From Callorhinchus milii (Eukaryota): DNA of 64,000 bases. The notes below the pieces were generated by a model, which was not told the DNA's origin, did not search any database, and worked only from the letters and a program-made list of their open reading frames with translations. Both the position numbers and the translations under genes were made by a program. Numbering within the stretch: position 1 is the stretch's first letter; each line of letters starts with the position of its first letter. Shown here piece after piece: positions 36,887-51,500 of the stretch. The stretch lies in contig NW_024704742.1 of assembly GCF_018977255.1 (NCBI RefSeq), positions 24,182,001 through 24,246,000 on the forward strand, given 5' to 3'.

Positions 36887-39800
36887 ACTAGGGTAGAAGT
36901 AGGGGTGACATGGAAGATATTTGTTTGCAGTTCATTGAGCTCTGGATGATGTGAGAAGATTGAAAATAGTTCCACATGTATAAATAATTTTCAAAAATAT
37001 AAGCTTGTCATCTTGGGTTAATAGAAAGTACTGGTGTCTAATGTATTTAAAAGGAGTTAAGGAGGTAAATCTATACAAATCTATGCAAATATTAGGATTA
37101 CAATCTTGCTTTTGTAAAATGATCATTGAATTGTTTCTTTCATGACAACAGAAATTATGAATAGTGGGCTGTGCCTAAATTAGTTTTGTATTTGAACTGT
37201 AAAGTAGAGAGAAGGCATATTTGTGTCTTTTGACTTTCAGAAACATTTGATTGGGGTTCAGCACAAAAGTGCGTCTGGGTAAAGTGAATTGTAAATCTCT
37301 ATAGGAATTGGCTATATATTAAGAAATGAGTGGTAAGTTATTGGGGCAGTTGTGAATAGCAGAATATACCAGAGGCTAGTCAGAGGAGCTCTTCAAAATA
37401 AGTGAGTAGAATTTATGCTTGGGTTCCACTCAACCCAGAAACAGTGAGTTTTTGAATGAAGGTGGATGGGGGCAGTGCAGTGTTCAAGTGTTATCATCTC
37501 CACTTGGATATAATGCACAGTGCAGCAGGGAATACCTTTTAAACCCAGCATGAAATTTTATAATTTATCATGGGTTTAAAAAAATCTGCAAAGTCCTGCT
37601 CAGTCAGGAAACTGACAAATTACATTTGTGCTGCTTATATGTTATTTGGACATGTTGTGTGACAATCCCTTTAAGTGGATTAACTGAAGTATGAATGCTT
37701 GCATTTATTAATCACTTATGTGTCTCAGTGAAAATGCCTCTTGGCTTCTGTGTTTTTCTCCACCGAAATATGAAACAAATTTCAGAATTCTACCTGTGGA
37801 AGTACCTAAGGCTAGAATTGTCTTCCATTTTCATTCCTTGTGTCAACTGGGATTAGTGCAGCAGGTGTAACCTGATCATGTGAGCGTTTCAACTGGAAAA
37901 ACAGCAAGATTGCTCCCCCTTGCAGCTGTAGTAAGATTGGTGGATCTGCAAGCCAATGAGTGGACTTATCTATTATATAGGATTTAGAGATGATTTGCCT
38001 TAACTGAATCATGTTGAACATTTTATTTGAGGGCATCAAAAGTGCCAAATGAGAAAAGTTCAGTAAATAAAGCAATTTTATGTGTGTAATTGTATTAATT
38101 TAGATTCTATGCACAGGTAAAATGGACCTCAACTGAAGATGAATTCAATTTTACCTTTTGTGTTTAACTGAAATTTTCGTAGCATTCTTCAGATAAGATG
38201 TTTTTACAATTAACACTACCCATTTTAACAACAGCAAAAACAACTTGGGTTTATCCAGTGCCCTTCACACAGGGTAGCATCTTGGAGCGCTTAAGACCTA
38301 GAACATATGTTTGGTGTATTGCCCCATTTTCAAGAATGTTGTTAGCCATTCTTTTACATGTGCTATTTTACCTTCGATGTGATCATCAAAAAAAAGTTTG
38401 AGAAATGATGAAACAACAACTTGCATTCATACAACATATTTTATAAAGACTGGGTTAGATGCCAAGCAGAAAAAGGAGGAGGTGGCCATAGACTTGTTTG
38501 AAGAGAGAGGTTTTAAGATTGGACTTGGACAGCTAGAGAGAGGGTGAGGGGGAAGGAGTTCGAGAGGTTAGGAGTGTAGAACCAGAAAGCTTGGTTATCA
38601 ACGGTGGTGTGGAATGGGTGGGAATATGCTGCAAGGCCAAATTTGCCAAGAGGAGAGATGAGCAGAGGAGTGGGGTAGGAGAAGATCATGGAGGTGCTAA
38701 GATGGGGGAAGTATTTCTAACTAAGGAAGAATACCTTGAAATCGATCTATAGGGAACTGGGGTGATGGGTGTGCGGTGAGAAGTGGGTAGTGTAGTTTTC
38801 ATTGTGTTTGAGCTTATGAATGGTGGAGCTAGGGAGACCAACAAGGACTTTATTAGACAAGCTTAAAAGGGAGGTTGTAAAGGTGTGAATAAATATTTTG
38901 ATGGCTTTGAGTGTCAGATGGGGCAGTTGGCTCTTGCTTGAGATAAGAGTGCAGATGTTGGTGGGAGCCGAGGAGAATGGCTTCTGTCTTCTTCATCTTG
39001 AGTTGTAAGAAATAATGCCTCATGTTGGGTGGGAAGAAAGTGAAGTACGTTGGGTCTTCTTGGAGTTGTGGCCTTGACTGAAATTATTACATAGTTGTGC
39101 AGTTTAGCAAATTCAAATGACTTGGGGGTAGTAATTGCCACTAAGTCTGTTTCCATTGAAAACTGCAATGTGATTTGTAATTTACAACAAAATGTGATTA
39201 TTTCTGACATGTATGAAAAGCAATTGCTACTTTCAAATTCCAACAATACTTGTGATTTGTTTTAGTTAGTATTACTCAAAAATTCATTATGTCAATTTTA
39301 TTCACATTATAATAGAAAGGTTCACTTTACAAATTCAAGATGCTTCCAGCTCTGTTATAACTTTTATATAAGAAAGCATCTGTTTTCATGTGTCAACTTG
39401 ATTTAAATGCTGCAGAGTAAACACCGAATCCTGGAATTTAGCCTTGTTCTAAATGATTGTAAACTGGAAATGCTTTATCATGAACTGAATTTAGGCTTTG
39501 AGTGATTGCTCTCAGCACATGTTAATTTAAGTGCTGTATCATGTAAGTCATCAAGTGCTTTATCCCATGAATATTTTGGCAGCTTCCTATTTTGAATTTG
39601 CAAAGGGCGTTGCCTTGGAACGGAGATGTGCTTCACAACAGAATTTCAGAATCAAGTCAACCCTCTGTATTGGTTCCTAGTTCCTGAGCCATGTTGATAT
39701 TGCAGATATTGCACTGCTGATGACAGATTGTGGTTTTAATACCACAATACAAAATTATATTTGTATAGCGCCTTTCACATCGGGAGGGTATCTCAAGCCA

Positions 39801-40182
39801 CTGGGACAATGCCCACCCAAAGAGTGTGCTATATTTTGTAAGTACTCTTGTGCCTCAAACCTACATGTAAACTTTCCTTTAAGGAATTGCAAATGTGCTT
39901 AATATGTTCCTTGAATTAATGTTTCATGTCTAAAGGCTGGTCAGTGCTACATCTACTCAACGGGGAGACATCTTTTTTTAAACAGATGAATTGTATTTTA
40001 TTATGTTGATTCAAGATCAATAGATTGTGTTTACAATGCATCAAGAGAATTCAGAATCCATGACGCATTTTGAACAGAAATTTACATAGTATATTTCTGA
40101 AAAAAAATCATCAAACTGCTCAGTGATAAACTTTTAGCAGCCAGATTTTTCCAGATGAAACTGAACACGTGACCTGAATTGC

Positions 40183-40351
40183 CTCTCGACTCTCTACCCC
40201 CTCCTCACTCCCTCCCTTCCCTCCCCTCACCCTGACCATTTCCCCCCCCCCCGGCTCGGGTCCTGACCCAACTGTCCAGCGCCTTGGGACGTCCTCCCGA
40301 CGTGAAAGACGCTCTAGAAATGGAATCTTGTTGTTGTTGTTGTTGTTGTTG
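40183..40351 (+). mobile_element. L2 3' end only (same young subfamily as 7163-8927)
   Basis: CTCTCGACTCTCTACCCC...TCGGGTCCTGACCCAACTG...GGAATC(TTG)n closely matches ~8768-8927. Confidence 0.9.
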
Positions 40352-40659
40352 CCAGGGAATTAATTTTTTTTATAACTTGCCTGTGTGCATATTTTATCAG
40401 TGTGCTGCATCAACACAATGGGCTTTATCTGCAGTAAATGATATTACCTTACCCGCAAAGTGCCGTGAACCATAGCAAGGAGACATTGAATCTTACCTAA
40501 ATGTTAGGCTTTGGTGTGTGTATGTGTTGAGGGTGGGGGGCGTGGGCAGAAATACGTTTAACAGTCTAGGTGTCCTTGATGTACTGAGAGAGGTTTAGGT
40601 TTTGCAGCAGGAAGAAAAAGTTCCTAACTTCATGTATCCTCATTTAGCAAGAACAGCTA

Positions 40660-41056
40660 TAATAATACAATAATCCTTGCATTTGATATATAATATATAG
40701 ATAATAATGTGGTATAGTGCCTTATCTCATTTTCTAGACGTTTCAAAGCACTTCACAGAATATACTGTAAAGTGAATTTACTGTATATTTTGTGGGCGAA
40801 ACGCGGCAGCCAATTGCACACAGCAGTGTCCCACAAACAGTCGTGGATTGCAGTGACTAAATCCATTTTTTGGTGGATGATAACCCTTGGAAAGCGATCC
40901 ACCAATCAATTTAACAAGCGGGTTCCTTCTTACTGCTAGGTAAATCGAGGCACGTGGAGTAAGGAAACTTGCCCAACATTTTACCCCACCCGGGGTTTGA
41001 TCCCGGGTCCTCTCGCTTTCGATGCGAGTGCTCTAACCAATAAGCTACAGGACTCC
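40660..41056 (-). mobile_element. tRNA-derived SINE, longer/older subfamily
   Basis: GGAGTCCTGTAGCTTATTGGTTAGAGCAC head, central TTTACCTAGCAGTAAGAAGGAAC, tail. Confidence 0.85.
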
Positions 41057-41535
41057 GTAGTAAGTAAGAAAGTGTGCGACCTGCAATTGCACTCACAGCT
41101 AGATGTAAATTTTAGGAACTACAGAGGGCAATAAATAAGCAGGAAACAACAGGGGAACTTAAAACCATCACACTCTGATTCCTCAGAAACAAACAAACAA
41201 AAACTTCACAGGTCTATGGACTGCTTTTTCAAAAGGGCTCAAATCCAGTACAAAAAAATAAAGAGCAGGTTTACTTTAAAAATGCATTTCTCTCATTTTC
41301 ACAATGATGGATGAAAACTTTTGCTTTTTTTAAAAACTTTTGCTTCCACATGCTCCAAAGTTACTTTGACATTTTCATCTCCCTGTCCAGCTGTATAAGA
41401 CTGAAAACCAAATTGTTGCAACTTTTCTTTTTAAAAAGCCTGTATCAAAGTTCCGCAATCGCAAGATAACCCTACAGAGCGCTGACAAAATATTACTACA
41501 ACATCATTACTTGATATCCATCATTCGTGAGAAGT

Positions 41536-41996
41536 CATAGAATCGTACAGCACAAAAAGAGACCATTCGGCCCATCGAGTCTGTGCCGGCTCTTTGAATA
41601 GAGCAATCAATGTCAATCCCACTCCCCGGCCCTTTCCCCAGAACCCTGCAAACCCGTCCTCCTCAAATACCCGTCCACCGCGTTTTTAAAAGTAGTTATC
41701 GAATCGGCCTCCACCACCCTTTCAGGCAATGCGTTCCAGATTCGAACAACTCGCTGCCTGAAAAACTTTCTCCTCCCCTCTGCTTCTTTTAGAGACTATT
41801 TTGAATCTGTGACCTCGAGTCACGGACACACCCACCAGTGGAAACAGTTTTTCCCTTTCTACCCTATCAAATCCCCTCATGATTTTGAATACCTCTATTA
41901 GGTCTCCTCGTAACCTTCTCTGCTCCAATGAGAACAATCCCAGTCTCTCGTGCCTTTCCTCATAATCAAGGTCCCTCATTCCTGGTACCATCCTCA
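41536..41996 (-). mobile_element. CR1-clade LINE 3' fragment
   Basis: YEERHERLGLFSLEQRRLRGDLIEVFKIMRGFD...TRGH is the typical CR1 ORF2 C-terminus; ends GATTCTATGA. Confidence 0.92.
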
Positions 41997-43289
41997 AGTA
42001 AAGAGCATTGCAATCCTGTGAGAAGAGTTACTGGATGATGTACGCCTCAACCAGAAGTACTGAATCACAAATTGACTAAAGCAAGATTTATATACTGAGA
42101 AATAGAGTGAGAGAATTAAAAAAAATATTTACCAGTTAGGGGAAAAAAATATGCATTTGCATTTGGCTCACCAGAGCCGCACAACTGGTATGATGTGCTG
42201 AACGCTCAGCCTTCAGTCATCACGTAACAGTGGCGGAGCCTGGCAAAGAGGGTGGGAGAAGAGAAAAGGAAAGCTTGCATTTATACAGCACTCTTGATAT
42301 CGAATAACATTTCAGAGCACTTTACATTTGTGGGGCGGATGCCAAGCAACAGGAGTGGAGAGGATGAGGTTACCAAAGGCACGGTCAAAAGAATAGGTGT
42401 TACGGTGAGGCTTGAAGATTGATAAATGGAGAAGCAGGGGTTGAGGAATGCAGTCTAAGTGGTTAAAGGTGTAGAATTAGAAACCTCATCCACCGTGGTA
42501 TGGCAGGGGACTCTCAGCAAGTCCAAGTCCTCAGTGAAGACGAGTAGTAGAGTGGGGTATGAAATTGGGACATGTAATAATAATAATCATTGCATTTGAT
42601 ATAGTGCCTTATCATGTTGTTGAGACGTCTCAAAGCGCTTCACAGGATATACTGTAAAGTGAATTGATTGTATAACAATTTGCACTCGTATACAAAGGAA
42701 GTGTAGGACGTGAAGGAAAAATCCTATTTTAAACATGCGTCAAAGCTACTGGATTGCAGAATGAGGAAATTCTCGTCTGTGTACTTTACCTCATCATAGG
42801 TTTCATTGTACGTCTTTAAAAATGTATCCACCTTTATCACTTGCTAAAGGTCAGCACCTCGCCCAGCTTTAACTTGATATAGTTTAATGCAAGCTGCTGC
42901 CATGCCTTTTGTTACTGGACAATACATCATGGGAAGTGAAAGTGTCTTATTAAATTGTCAATGGACCAAAAATGGTGCAAGAGATCTAATTAAAATGTGT
43001 ATTCATCAATTTGGAATTCCTTTTTAAAATGTTGCCATCTGTAACAGTGTTGTGTCTCACTATATTGTATTGCTGCAATTAAAACTGATTTGAATACCCT
43101 ACAGTCCCCCGCAAGCTGAACGTTTCTTCCCGTTTGATGTAATTGCATCCAGATATCAAAGGTATTGTGTTGCATTATGCGCAGGGTATCAATGCACACT
43201 AAGTAATTATTCAGACAACAATGATGTTAGGTGGGTTTTAGCCCAGAGTTGAATTGGATTGTATAATGAATTGGACAACGTTATCCAGT

Positions 43290-43552
43290 GAAGCCCTCCA
43301 CGTCTTGCTCTTCCCTACCTCCACAACCTCCTCACACCTTACCAACCTTCCCGATCTCCGCTCGACGAGCACTGACCTGCGCCATGTCCCCCACCCTGCC
43401 CACCTCACCATCGGTGGTCGGGCCTTCGGTCTTTCTGCCGCTACCCTCTGGCACTCCATCCCAGAATCTCTTGCCGCCGTCGAGGCCCGTTTCAAGACCT
43501 TCCTCTTCGACTATGCCTTTGGTGATCCTTCCACTCCCATTGACTGTCCAGC
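43290..43552 (+). mobile_element. L2 3' fragment
   Basis: TIGGRAFGLSAATLWHSIP...FKTFLFDYAF. Confidence 0.8.
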
Positions 43553-45417
43553 ACCTTTTTAAATTAAAACCGTTAGATGTTATCGCAATACTTTTTTTAA
43601 AACTTCCCGATTAGAACGAATTATGCCTTTTCGAATTTAGCTACTTTGGAGCGCATTCAGTCTGCAACATTCCTCATTCAGTTTGTGCTGTTTGTTTTTC
43701 AAGGTCACTCCAATATACCGTGAGAAAGTGCACTCATAGATGAGACAGCATAAATAATGCAGAAACTAAAATCTAGCTCTAAATGCACGTGGGTAATATG
43801 ATTTTTCTTTTAGCTGGGAGTAAGTAGTTTCCAGTTTTGAGTAGCTGAATTGGAGTGATTACTCAATTTTTATGTTGCACCAAGTTTGTTTCCAGCGCCT
43901 CAGAGTTTTTTTTGTCTTGTTCCTTGCTGATTGCACGCTGGAGAACACAACATTGTATTTCTTTCGCAAGATTTCACTTGTACTTATCAGTAAGTTATAA
44001 GCTGACTTAATAGAATGTTAAAATGCTTTTTTACTGAAGTATAAATTGTCAGCATGTTGTTAAAACAAGCTATATTACTGTGTGTTTTTGAGATTGATTC
44101 AGGGACATTGCCACAAACTACTTTCCTCATTTTTTTTAAAAGGATGATTTTTTTTTATCTTCCTAGAAGTGGTTTATGTCAGAGCATGAGTTAAAGTAAC
44201 CGACGTGAGAGCATGAGTTCGGAACATCTAGCCCTGTGGGCTCATGGTGGCAGCATTGGCACCAAGTCAGCCATGGCAATAAACCAGATGCAAAATAAAA
44301 TACCCATTATTATACAACACTTCCGTAAGTCCTTTAAAATTGCCAATTAGTGCTGAGTCGTGGCAAATTATAGACAAATGTTTGCTATGGCCGTACGCCA
44401 GCTTGGAATTGAGTTGACCTGTACTAAATTAATGTGGGCCACGGAAACTGGCTCAGATAAAATCTTCATTCCATTACTCAGAATTTGATTTGGGTCTCCT
44501 TTCAATGTAACTTTTCAACTTACTTGATTGTAAATTTTCAAAGAAAGAACTTGCATTTTGATAACCACTTATGTTGAAATGTCTGAGTACTTCGTAAGTA
44601 ATTGCCGTCATGTGTCGCAATCTGTCTTTATATACTTCCCATTAGTGACATCTGCAGTTATTTTCACACATAATAATTATCCTCACATTTCATATAGCGG
44701 CTCATGTCAAAATGCCTTGAAGAGAGTTTTTCTGTAAAATGCAGTGACTGTATATTTATAGGTGACATAGCAGCCAATTTGCACACACGGATATCCCACA
44801 AACATCCATGAAGTGAATGACCAGTTTTTTGTTTAAACTGGAGATTGTTGTTCAGGGCACCAGGACGTTTTACAAAAATGTATCGGTACTTGCTCTCTGG
44901 CTTTCTAATACAATGAATTGCTATTTGGCTAATGTTGCTGTCAGGTTATGGGGTGAGTAGAGTTACTACAACACTGCTGCAAATGATTTGTCTTCTCATT
45001 CAGTGAGTTTAAGTTGCTGCTGCTAAAACGTAGCTTGCTTTTGGAAATGGGCATACGTGTTGGGAACTGTACTGCAGGATCTCCTCTCCGAACGGTTATT
45101 GAGCCATGCAGGAGTGCAGCATTCCATCAATATTAAAATTGCTTTCTTAAATATTAACATTTAACGGCTTGTCCTCAAAACTTGAATTCTCATCATATCT
45201 ATCATCCCAGACATTACCAAAACAATTTCAAGCAAATTAATACAACTTCAATAGAAAGCATTTTATCGAAAAAAGACGAATTATCCAAACTACAGTAGTT
45301 TGAATTCTCTGAAGTTGCTTTGTGTTCAGCTGCATTCTTGGAGATGCAATGTACAAGGAAACATTGTTTCCTTTTAAAAAAATTATAATAGTGTGAGGTC
45401 ACACAGTGCAGCTATTT

Positions 45418-45762
45418 AATAATAATAATAATCCTTGCATTTGTTTTAGCACCTTATAATGTCATTGAAATGTCTCAAAGCGCATCACAGAATAAAGTGT
45501 GACAGACTGAGTGTTTTGTGAGCGAAGCATGGCAGCCAGTCGGCACAACGCTTGTGAATTGAGTGACCAAATAATTATATATGGATGATAACCCCCAGAA
45601 AGCTATCCACCAATCGACTAACAAGCTGGTTCCAACTTATTCCGAGCTAAGCAGAGGCGTGAGGAGTTAGGAAACTTGCCAAATGTATTCCACGCCCGGG
45701 AATCGAACCCGGGTCCTCTCGCTTGCAAGACGAGTGCGCTAATCGCTACGCTATGGCACTCC
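45418..45762 (-). mobile_element. tRNA-derived SINE, older subfamily
   Basis: Head GGAGTGCCATAGCG...CTTGCAAG...CCGGGTTCGATTCCCGG followed by family body and tail. Confidence 0.8.
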
Positions 45763-48700
45763 ATTACATTTTATGATGTGTTCTTGGCAGTAATGTGCAA
45801 TTACATTTGGTATCAGCCTTTGAACTTTCCTTTTATTTGTTGAAGGTAATGTTTTCTGATCTTTTGGATAAGCAATGTCCTCAAGTTGTTTGACAGTCTG
45901 ATGCGCAAATGATGTGCTCCAGTTCTCGACTTCCCTCAAAGGGAGGGTTCATTCTGCAACCGATTTTCGTGTGTGACAATACAATCTGCAGGTGCGCTCA
46001 CTTGAAATTTCATCCCCATTTTCTTAAACATAGAGATTGAGCAGATCAAAACACCAGGTGAATCTATACAATTTATGGTCATTTGAACTTTAAGTTAGAT
46101 CCTTTAGCTTTGTAATTGTAAGATGTGATCCAATTAGAAAAGTAGCTGGAATAAATAGAAAGCGGTTTTCTAACTATAATAAGGATGTGGTGCAACATTA
46201 TCATTGTTCAATTGTCAACATTTCCATTTCAACGTGGTTCATGCAGATAGTTTTAAATCTAGTAAAGAGTGCCACCTTGTGGATTCCCTTTCTGTCTGAG
46301 TTATGTTGCTTACTGTCATTTTTTTCATGTTTCTTGTGCTCTGGTGTGAAATTGGAGGTTATTTTTTGGATTGTTTCATATTTGTGTTTAATATCAGATT
46401 GGAATTAATTTTTTTTCTTGCCTTTTTTTCTTTTATTTTATTCTTCTTTGGTTGAACATAGTGGTGCAAAGCCAAGACCTAGGAGAGCACGAGTGAAGAC
46501 TAAACTTGGTCTTTGCTGTGGTCAGGTTGCAATTTGAAGTCTCGTCAGGAGAAGTGTGGAGGAAATAAACTGTCAGTAACAGCGGTTGGAAATGTCAGTT
46601 ACAGGGATCCTCAGGTGTAAAAGAACAATAGTAAGCAGTGATTGACCCACATCACACCAAAATTAAGAAGGGTTTGATTTTTCTTAATACTTAAAGGCTG
46701 TTAATAATAATGATGATAATGATCCTTGCATTTGATATTTCGCCTAATGTCTTCGAGATATCTCAAAGCGCTTCACAGAATATACTGTAAAGTGAATTGA
46801 CTATATTTTATGGGCGCAAAAGCCTGAAGGTCAGGCAGTTTTTCCCTGAGTCTATCACAAAGTTGGGTGATTTAATGTTGGAAGGTTTGTTTAGTGCTTA
46901 GCAGGTGTGCATTTTTATAATCTGTTGATCAGCAGAAAAGTGTTTTGTTTCTTGGTGTAAGTGAAACTTGGAACATTCTAGAATACATGGTTTAGTCTCC
47001 TATTTTTTTTAAAAAAATGGCTTTGCACCTGAGTTTTTGTGGCGCGATTGCAAACAGCATGTGTTAATACTAGAATGCATTTACTGGGCCATCAGCAGGG
47101 CCACTAGAAAATTGCGGAAATATTTGTCAAAAACTGAGGGATTTTTACCGTTTTTTTTTTACGGTGAGTTGATTGGTGTTATTGAGAGGTACATTTTACT
47201 GCCAACCTACATTTTTTCACCTTATCGATAGAAACTAAACATGAAGAAATAACACATATTAGGTTGTTGCAAAAGAAAATAATGAATGCATTCTTTAACA
47301 AAAACTGGATGGCCACTGGGGGGTGGTGGGGGGACACCAGAGTGCTGTTTGCAGCAGAGCGGGGTGTGTGTTTGCAGGAGGTGGGGGGAGGCAGTTGGGG
47401 CCACACTTTTCTATTGCTGCAGACCATCAGCCACTCACTGGTTTTCTTAGAAAAATTGCAGTGTTTTTTCTGTGAGGTATGTCAAATGGCCACTAAAGAT
47501 ATTCTGCTCTATTTTGGAAGGTCTGGTTTCTATGGATTTACATGAGTTAATTCAAACTACTGTGTATGCTATTTCCAAAATGATGATGCATTTCAGTGTA
47601 CTATCATCACATCTAAACTGGTCCACACAAAGAATCGTACCTTTCTTTGTGGCAACAGAACATTATTTTGATATTTTGTTCAGCCAGAGTGTTCATAATC
47701 AAAAGAGAATAATAATCAGCAGGACAGGTAGCAGCAGCCTCACTGGCCCCTTTACTTTCCTGGCTGTTTAGAAATCATGGATAGGTTCACTTTATTTAGA
47801 AACTGAGGATAACCCGCCCTCCCCAACCCCCGGAGAGGGTTGGGATGTGCATGTGCGGTTTTCCCTTTGAGGCATCTGTGGGAAACAAAGTTTTGACCTG
47901 GCAGCCAGCAAGTTTGGGGGCGGCAAGTGCGGTAGCAGTGTTACGAGTCACGCAGTGGTTAATGGGACTAGTGCACATAAATTTAAGTGAATTTAATAGG
48001 AAATTGAATGGGACTTTTACGATTTAGGCAATTATACGATTTAATACAGATAAGAATTTTAATGCACAAAGTTTGGCCAGATCTTGGATTATTTCCTATA
48101 TCACGTCTTCGAGACCTCTCAAAGACCTGATAAGGTGCTATAACAAACGCAAGGATTATTATTAGACATTGATATTTTGTGTCCTAAAAGATAATTTTTT
48201 TTATGAAACTCTGTTTTAAAGCTTACTTAAATTCAACTCCGAAGACTCGACCTACAAAACTGGAATGCAAGGTCAAATTGAGACTGATTTGAAGTTCAGC
48301 CCCCGAAGAATCCATTTTTGTAGTTGCTGAGCCATAATTTGAATTAATTTTAATCTTTATTTAGTGTTTCTAATGTGCAAATGTCTTGGCATCAAAATTG
48401 CACGACATCTCACTTAAGAGCAAGGTGTAATCAAAGTACTTTCAAAGTATTCCTTTTCTTGAATCTGTGGATGAAGTTTTTTTAAAAAAAAAATATTTCA
48501 CTGCTTTAGCCAATTGACGATGGCCAAGTTGAGTGCTTGCTCCCAGACTGTCGCTTTCTCCAAAAAGTGAGAGCTATTGTCTGGAAATGTTTACCTCAAA
48601 GAATCATAAGGGACAAACTAAGATTATAATACTTCTGTAATATTTATGCATGAATAAAACCTATAGTGAAAACATAAACTGTGCTTATCCAATGTGGGTG

Positions 48701-48878
48701 GCGGCTTTATCAGTCTAGACAGACGGTACTGTACTGCAAACATCATTTATTTTTTCTTTCAACTTGTATTTAATAATGTTGGGTTTTTAAATGTAGGTTC
48801 TTAGATGTTTGTTTTCCTTTGTTGATGCTGTTGAAATTGCACCATGCACATGGCCAACATTTCTTTTTGTTTTTAGGA

Positions 48879-48986
48879 ATGTCTGAAAGCACCAAGTCGG
48901 CTGCTAGTGAGGCTCCAGGTCTGACTGTAGATTTCAATACAGATGCAGCTGAAATGCCCTCGCAGGATACTGAGTCTGACCCAGAG
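48879..48986 (+). CDS. ARFIP1: Candidate upstream coding exon of ARFIP1 (exon 48877-48986), MSESTKSAASEAPGLTVDFNTDAAEMPSQDTESDPE
   Basis: Strong acceptor TTTCTTTTTGTTTTTAG|GA, ATG at 48879, 36 open codons, donor GAG|GTGGTT in phase 0, in frame with the 57002 exon (GAA TCC GAA ATG). Confidence 0.6.
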
Positions 48987-50547
48987 GTGGTTATATAAGA
49001 TTATTATTCTCTTACAAAATCTCTGATTATCTTTATTTCAAATCATTGTAAATGGACAATTCTTGCTTTAATAGATGGAAAACAACCCTTTTGTCTTTCA
49101 ATTTTGATCGGATGTTTGATCAAGTTTTAATCAAGAGTAATTCTATGCAACATTTTTTTATGTGTATTTGAAAAAATATCCAAATATTGCATCAACAAAT
49201 GTCCATATTTTACATTGTGCTTGAGTAGTTTCCTTTTGCCGATAATATGTGCAGAATCATTAAAAGTAATTGATGCGGTGATGGTGGTGGTGACACATTT
49301 GTATATTTCAAGGAAGGGTTACTTTGGAGAGGTGTCCGTTGTACATCATGGACTTTTTTCCGAAGCTGTGTGGCGTAGTTTTTCTGAAATTACAAATGTA
49401 TTTGAGTGGACCAAATTCTCAGCAGTCTGTTTTGAGATTTTCCTGGCTAGGTATTCTTTTTCTTTGCTTCATCTGAGCGTATAAGATTTACTTTTGCTTT
49501 CCAGAGCATTAGTTGTTGAGGTTTGAAGCTCAAGGTACCCAAGATCTTACGAGCAGTCCTTCTTTTCAGAGTTTTGAATTACGGTGCAGTATGTGTTTTC
49601 AGCAATGGGTGTAGACTGCGTAGGGTCATTTGGAGAATGCCCAGCAATCGTGCAGCCACAATGACATTGAAAATTGGTAAGCTTGTTTGGGACTGTCTTT
49701 TCCTGAGCTGAGGTCACATTACTAATATATGTCAATAATTTAAATAATTTGTTGCAGATATATTCTCGACTTTGATTAACTTGGAAGTGTGGCTTAAGCT
49801 ACTTTTAAGAACAGCATCCTTTTCCAGATGCAACACAAATGTCATTTACAGACTGCCTTGCTTTCCTCAACAGCTACCCTCTAGTTTTTTTTTTAAGAAT
49901 TCATATAATTCTGAGGTAAGCTTGGATGGTTGTCGCAGCCCTGTAAAGGAATCGTGTACACAGCATTTTCTGAAGATTTGATGGACTTGACTTAAAAATG
50001 TGTTCTGCATTGGTTGCAGTTCTGTATATCAGCAGCAGAGGTCAGAAAAACTCTGCAGTAAAATCCTTAGCTGAAGAAGCAGGAAGAGAATTTAAGTTGA
50101 GAGCCTGAATGCTGGCAGCTCGCTAGTCCCTGTGTTGCTTCCGAAGTTGGACATTATCTCTCTGAGTGTTCCAGCAATTTGTAGAAGAAATTTTATACTA
50201 ACTGTAGTACATTGCCTGTTAATAGACCTTTCAATCCGTTGCAGTGCATTGGGTGCTTATTTTAAATTGACTTTCAAAACTGCTCTTTGGTATCATACTT
50301 TAAAATGTCTTTTTTTAAAGAAAATATGCAGAATAATTTGTGAGTGATCTACTGGTGTTTCTGGAAGGCTATAGTAGTTGATTCTGTGATGAGCATTATG
50401 TGGGCAAAGTGAAATCATTCCTCAACAATAACCTGTACTCTTAAGTATTTGTAACAGTCAGCTTAGTTCAATTTTGCTCTGTACATGAAGGGTTCAAGCA
50501 AGGCACTGAAGTGTACAATAGATCCAGGGCGTGGTGCACCACCACCA

Positions 50548-50770
50548 CCAACAACTTGTATTTATATAGCGCCCTTCAGGTGGGGCAGTGTCTCTGAGCA
50601 CTTAACAGTGGCGAAACCTGACACCGAGTAGTGGCGGAAGGAGGTGACAGTAACCACGGTCGAAGAGGAAGGCCTTCAGCTTTGATCTTAAAGAGGGGAA
50701 GAATTGGGCAAGGCGGAGGGATTAGGGGAAAGAGTTCCAAAGCTTCGGGGCGTAGTGGCTGAAAGGAATG
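50548..50770 (-). mobile_element. Old L2 3' end
   Basis: CAACAACTTGTATTTATATAGCGCCC tail plus degenerate ORF2 C-terminus. Confidence 0.7.
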
Positions 50771-51317
50771 GAGGGACAGAAATCTGTTTCTATGTTAATT
50801 TTTTTTAAAGTGTGGGAACGATTTGCAAGGGTGTAATTAATCTCAGGAGTAGATAAACTGATTATTAAATTTGTTCCTGTTTCTCACAAATCATATGTTG
50901 CATCCTTGGGGCCCCTTTATAATTAGTCATGTACACCTGTCACAGAATCCATTTTTAGAGAAAATATATAATCCTATTTTGGTCACTTTTTTAAAAAAAA
51001 TGAAATTTGTTATGTAGCTTTTCAAGTTCACTTCCAAAACATTGTGAAACTAACAAGTATTGTGTTTTAAATACAGTAGACTTTAGATATAGAGAGATCA
51101 ATTCCTTAGGATAAAATTTTTCAGCTTCAATCCTGTCAAAATGACCACTTGCTTTTAATTTACTGAAACATGTGGTGCACACAGTTGTGATTTTATGCAG
51201 ATATTTATGATTTGTCTGCCTTGGAGAGGAACTAGTGAATTTCCATGTGCATTGATAGCTGGATATTTCCTGACTGCCTCATGGACTTTTGCATCCACTG
51301 TAACAGGTTAGATTGGA

Positions 51318-51500
51318 CCATAGAATCATACAGCACAGAAGGAGGCCATTCAGCCCATCGTATCTATGCCTGCTCTTTGAAAAGAGCTATCCAAATCAAT
51401 CCCACTCCCCTGCTCTCTCCACATAGCCCTGCAAACTTCTCCTCCCCAAATAATTATCTACTTCTCTCTTGAAAGCTGTTATTGAATCAGCTTCCACTGA
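51318..51500 (-). mobile_element. CR1 3' UTR fragment
   Basis: ATAGAATCATACAGCACAGAAGGAGGCCATTCAGCCCATCG homologous to 41536. Confidence 0.75.

Noticed and set aside
45690..45762. tRNA-Ala(TGC)-like sequence (also the other SINE heads)
   Set aside because: Acceptor stem incomplete and it continues directly into SINE body and tail
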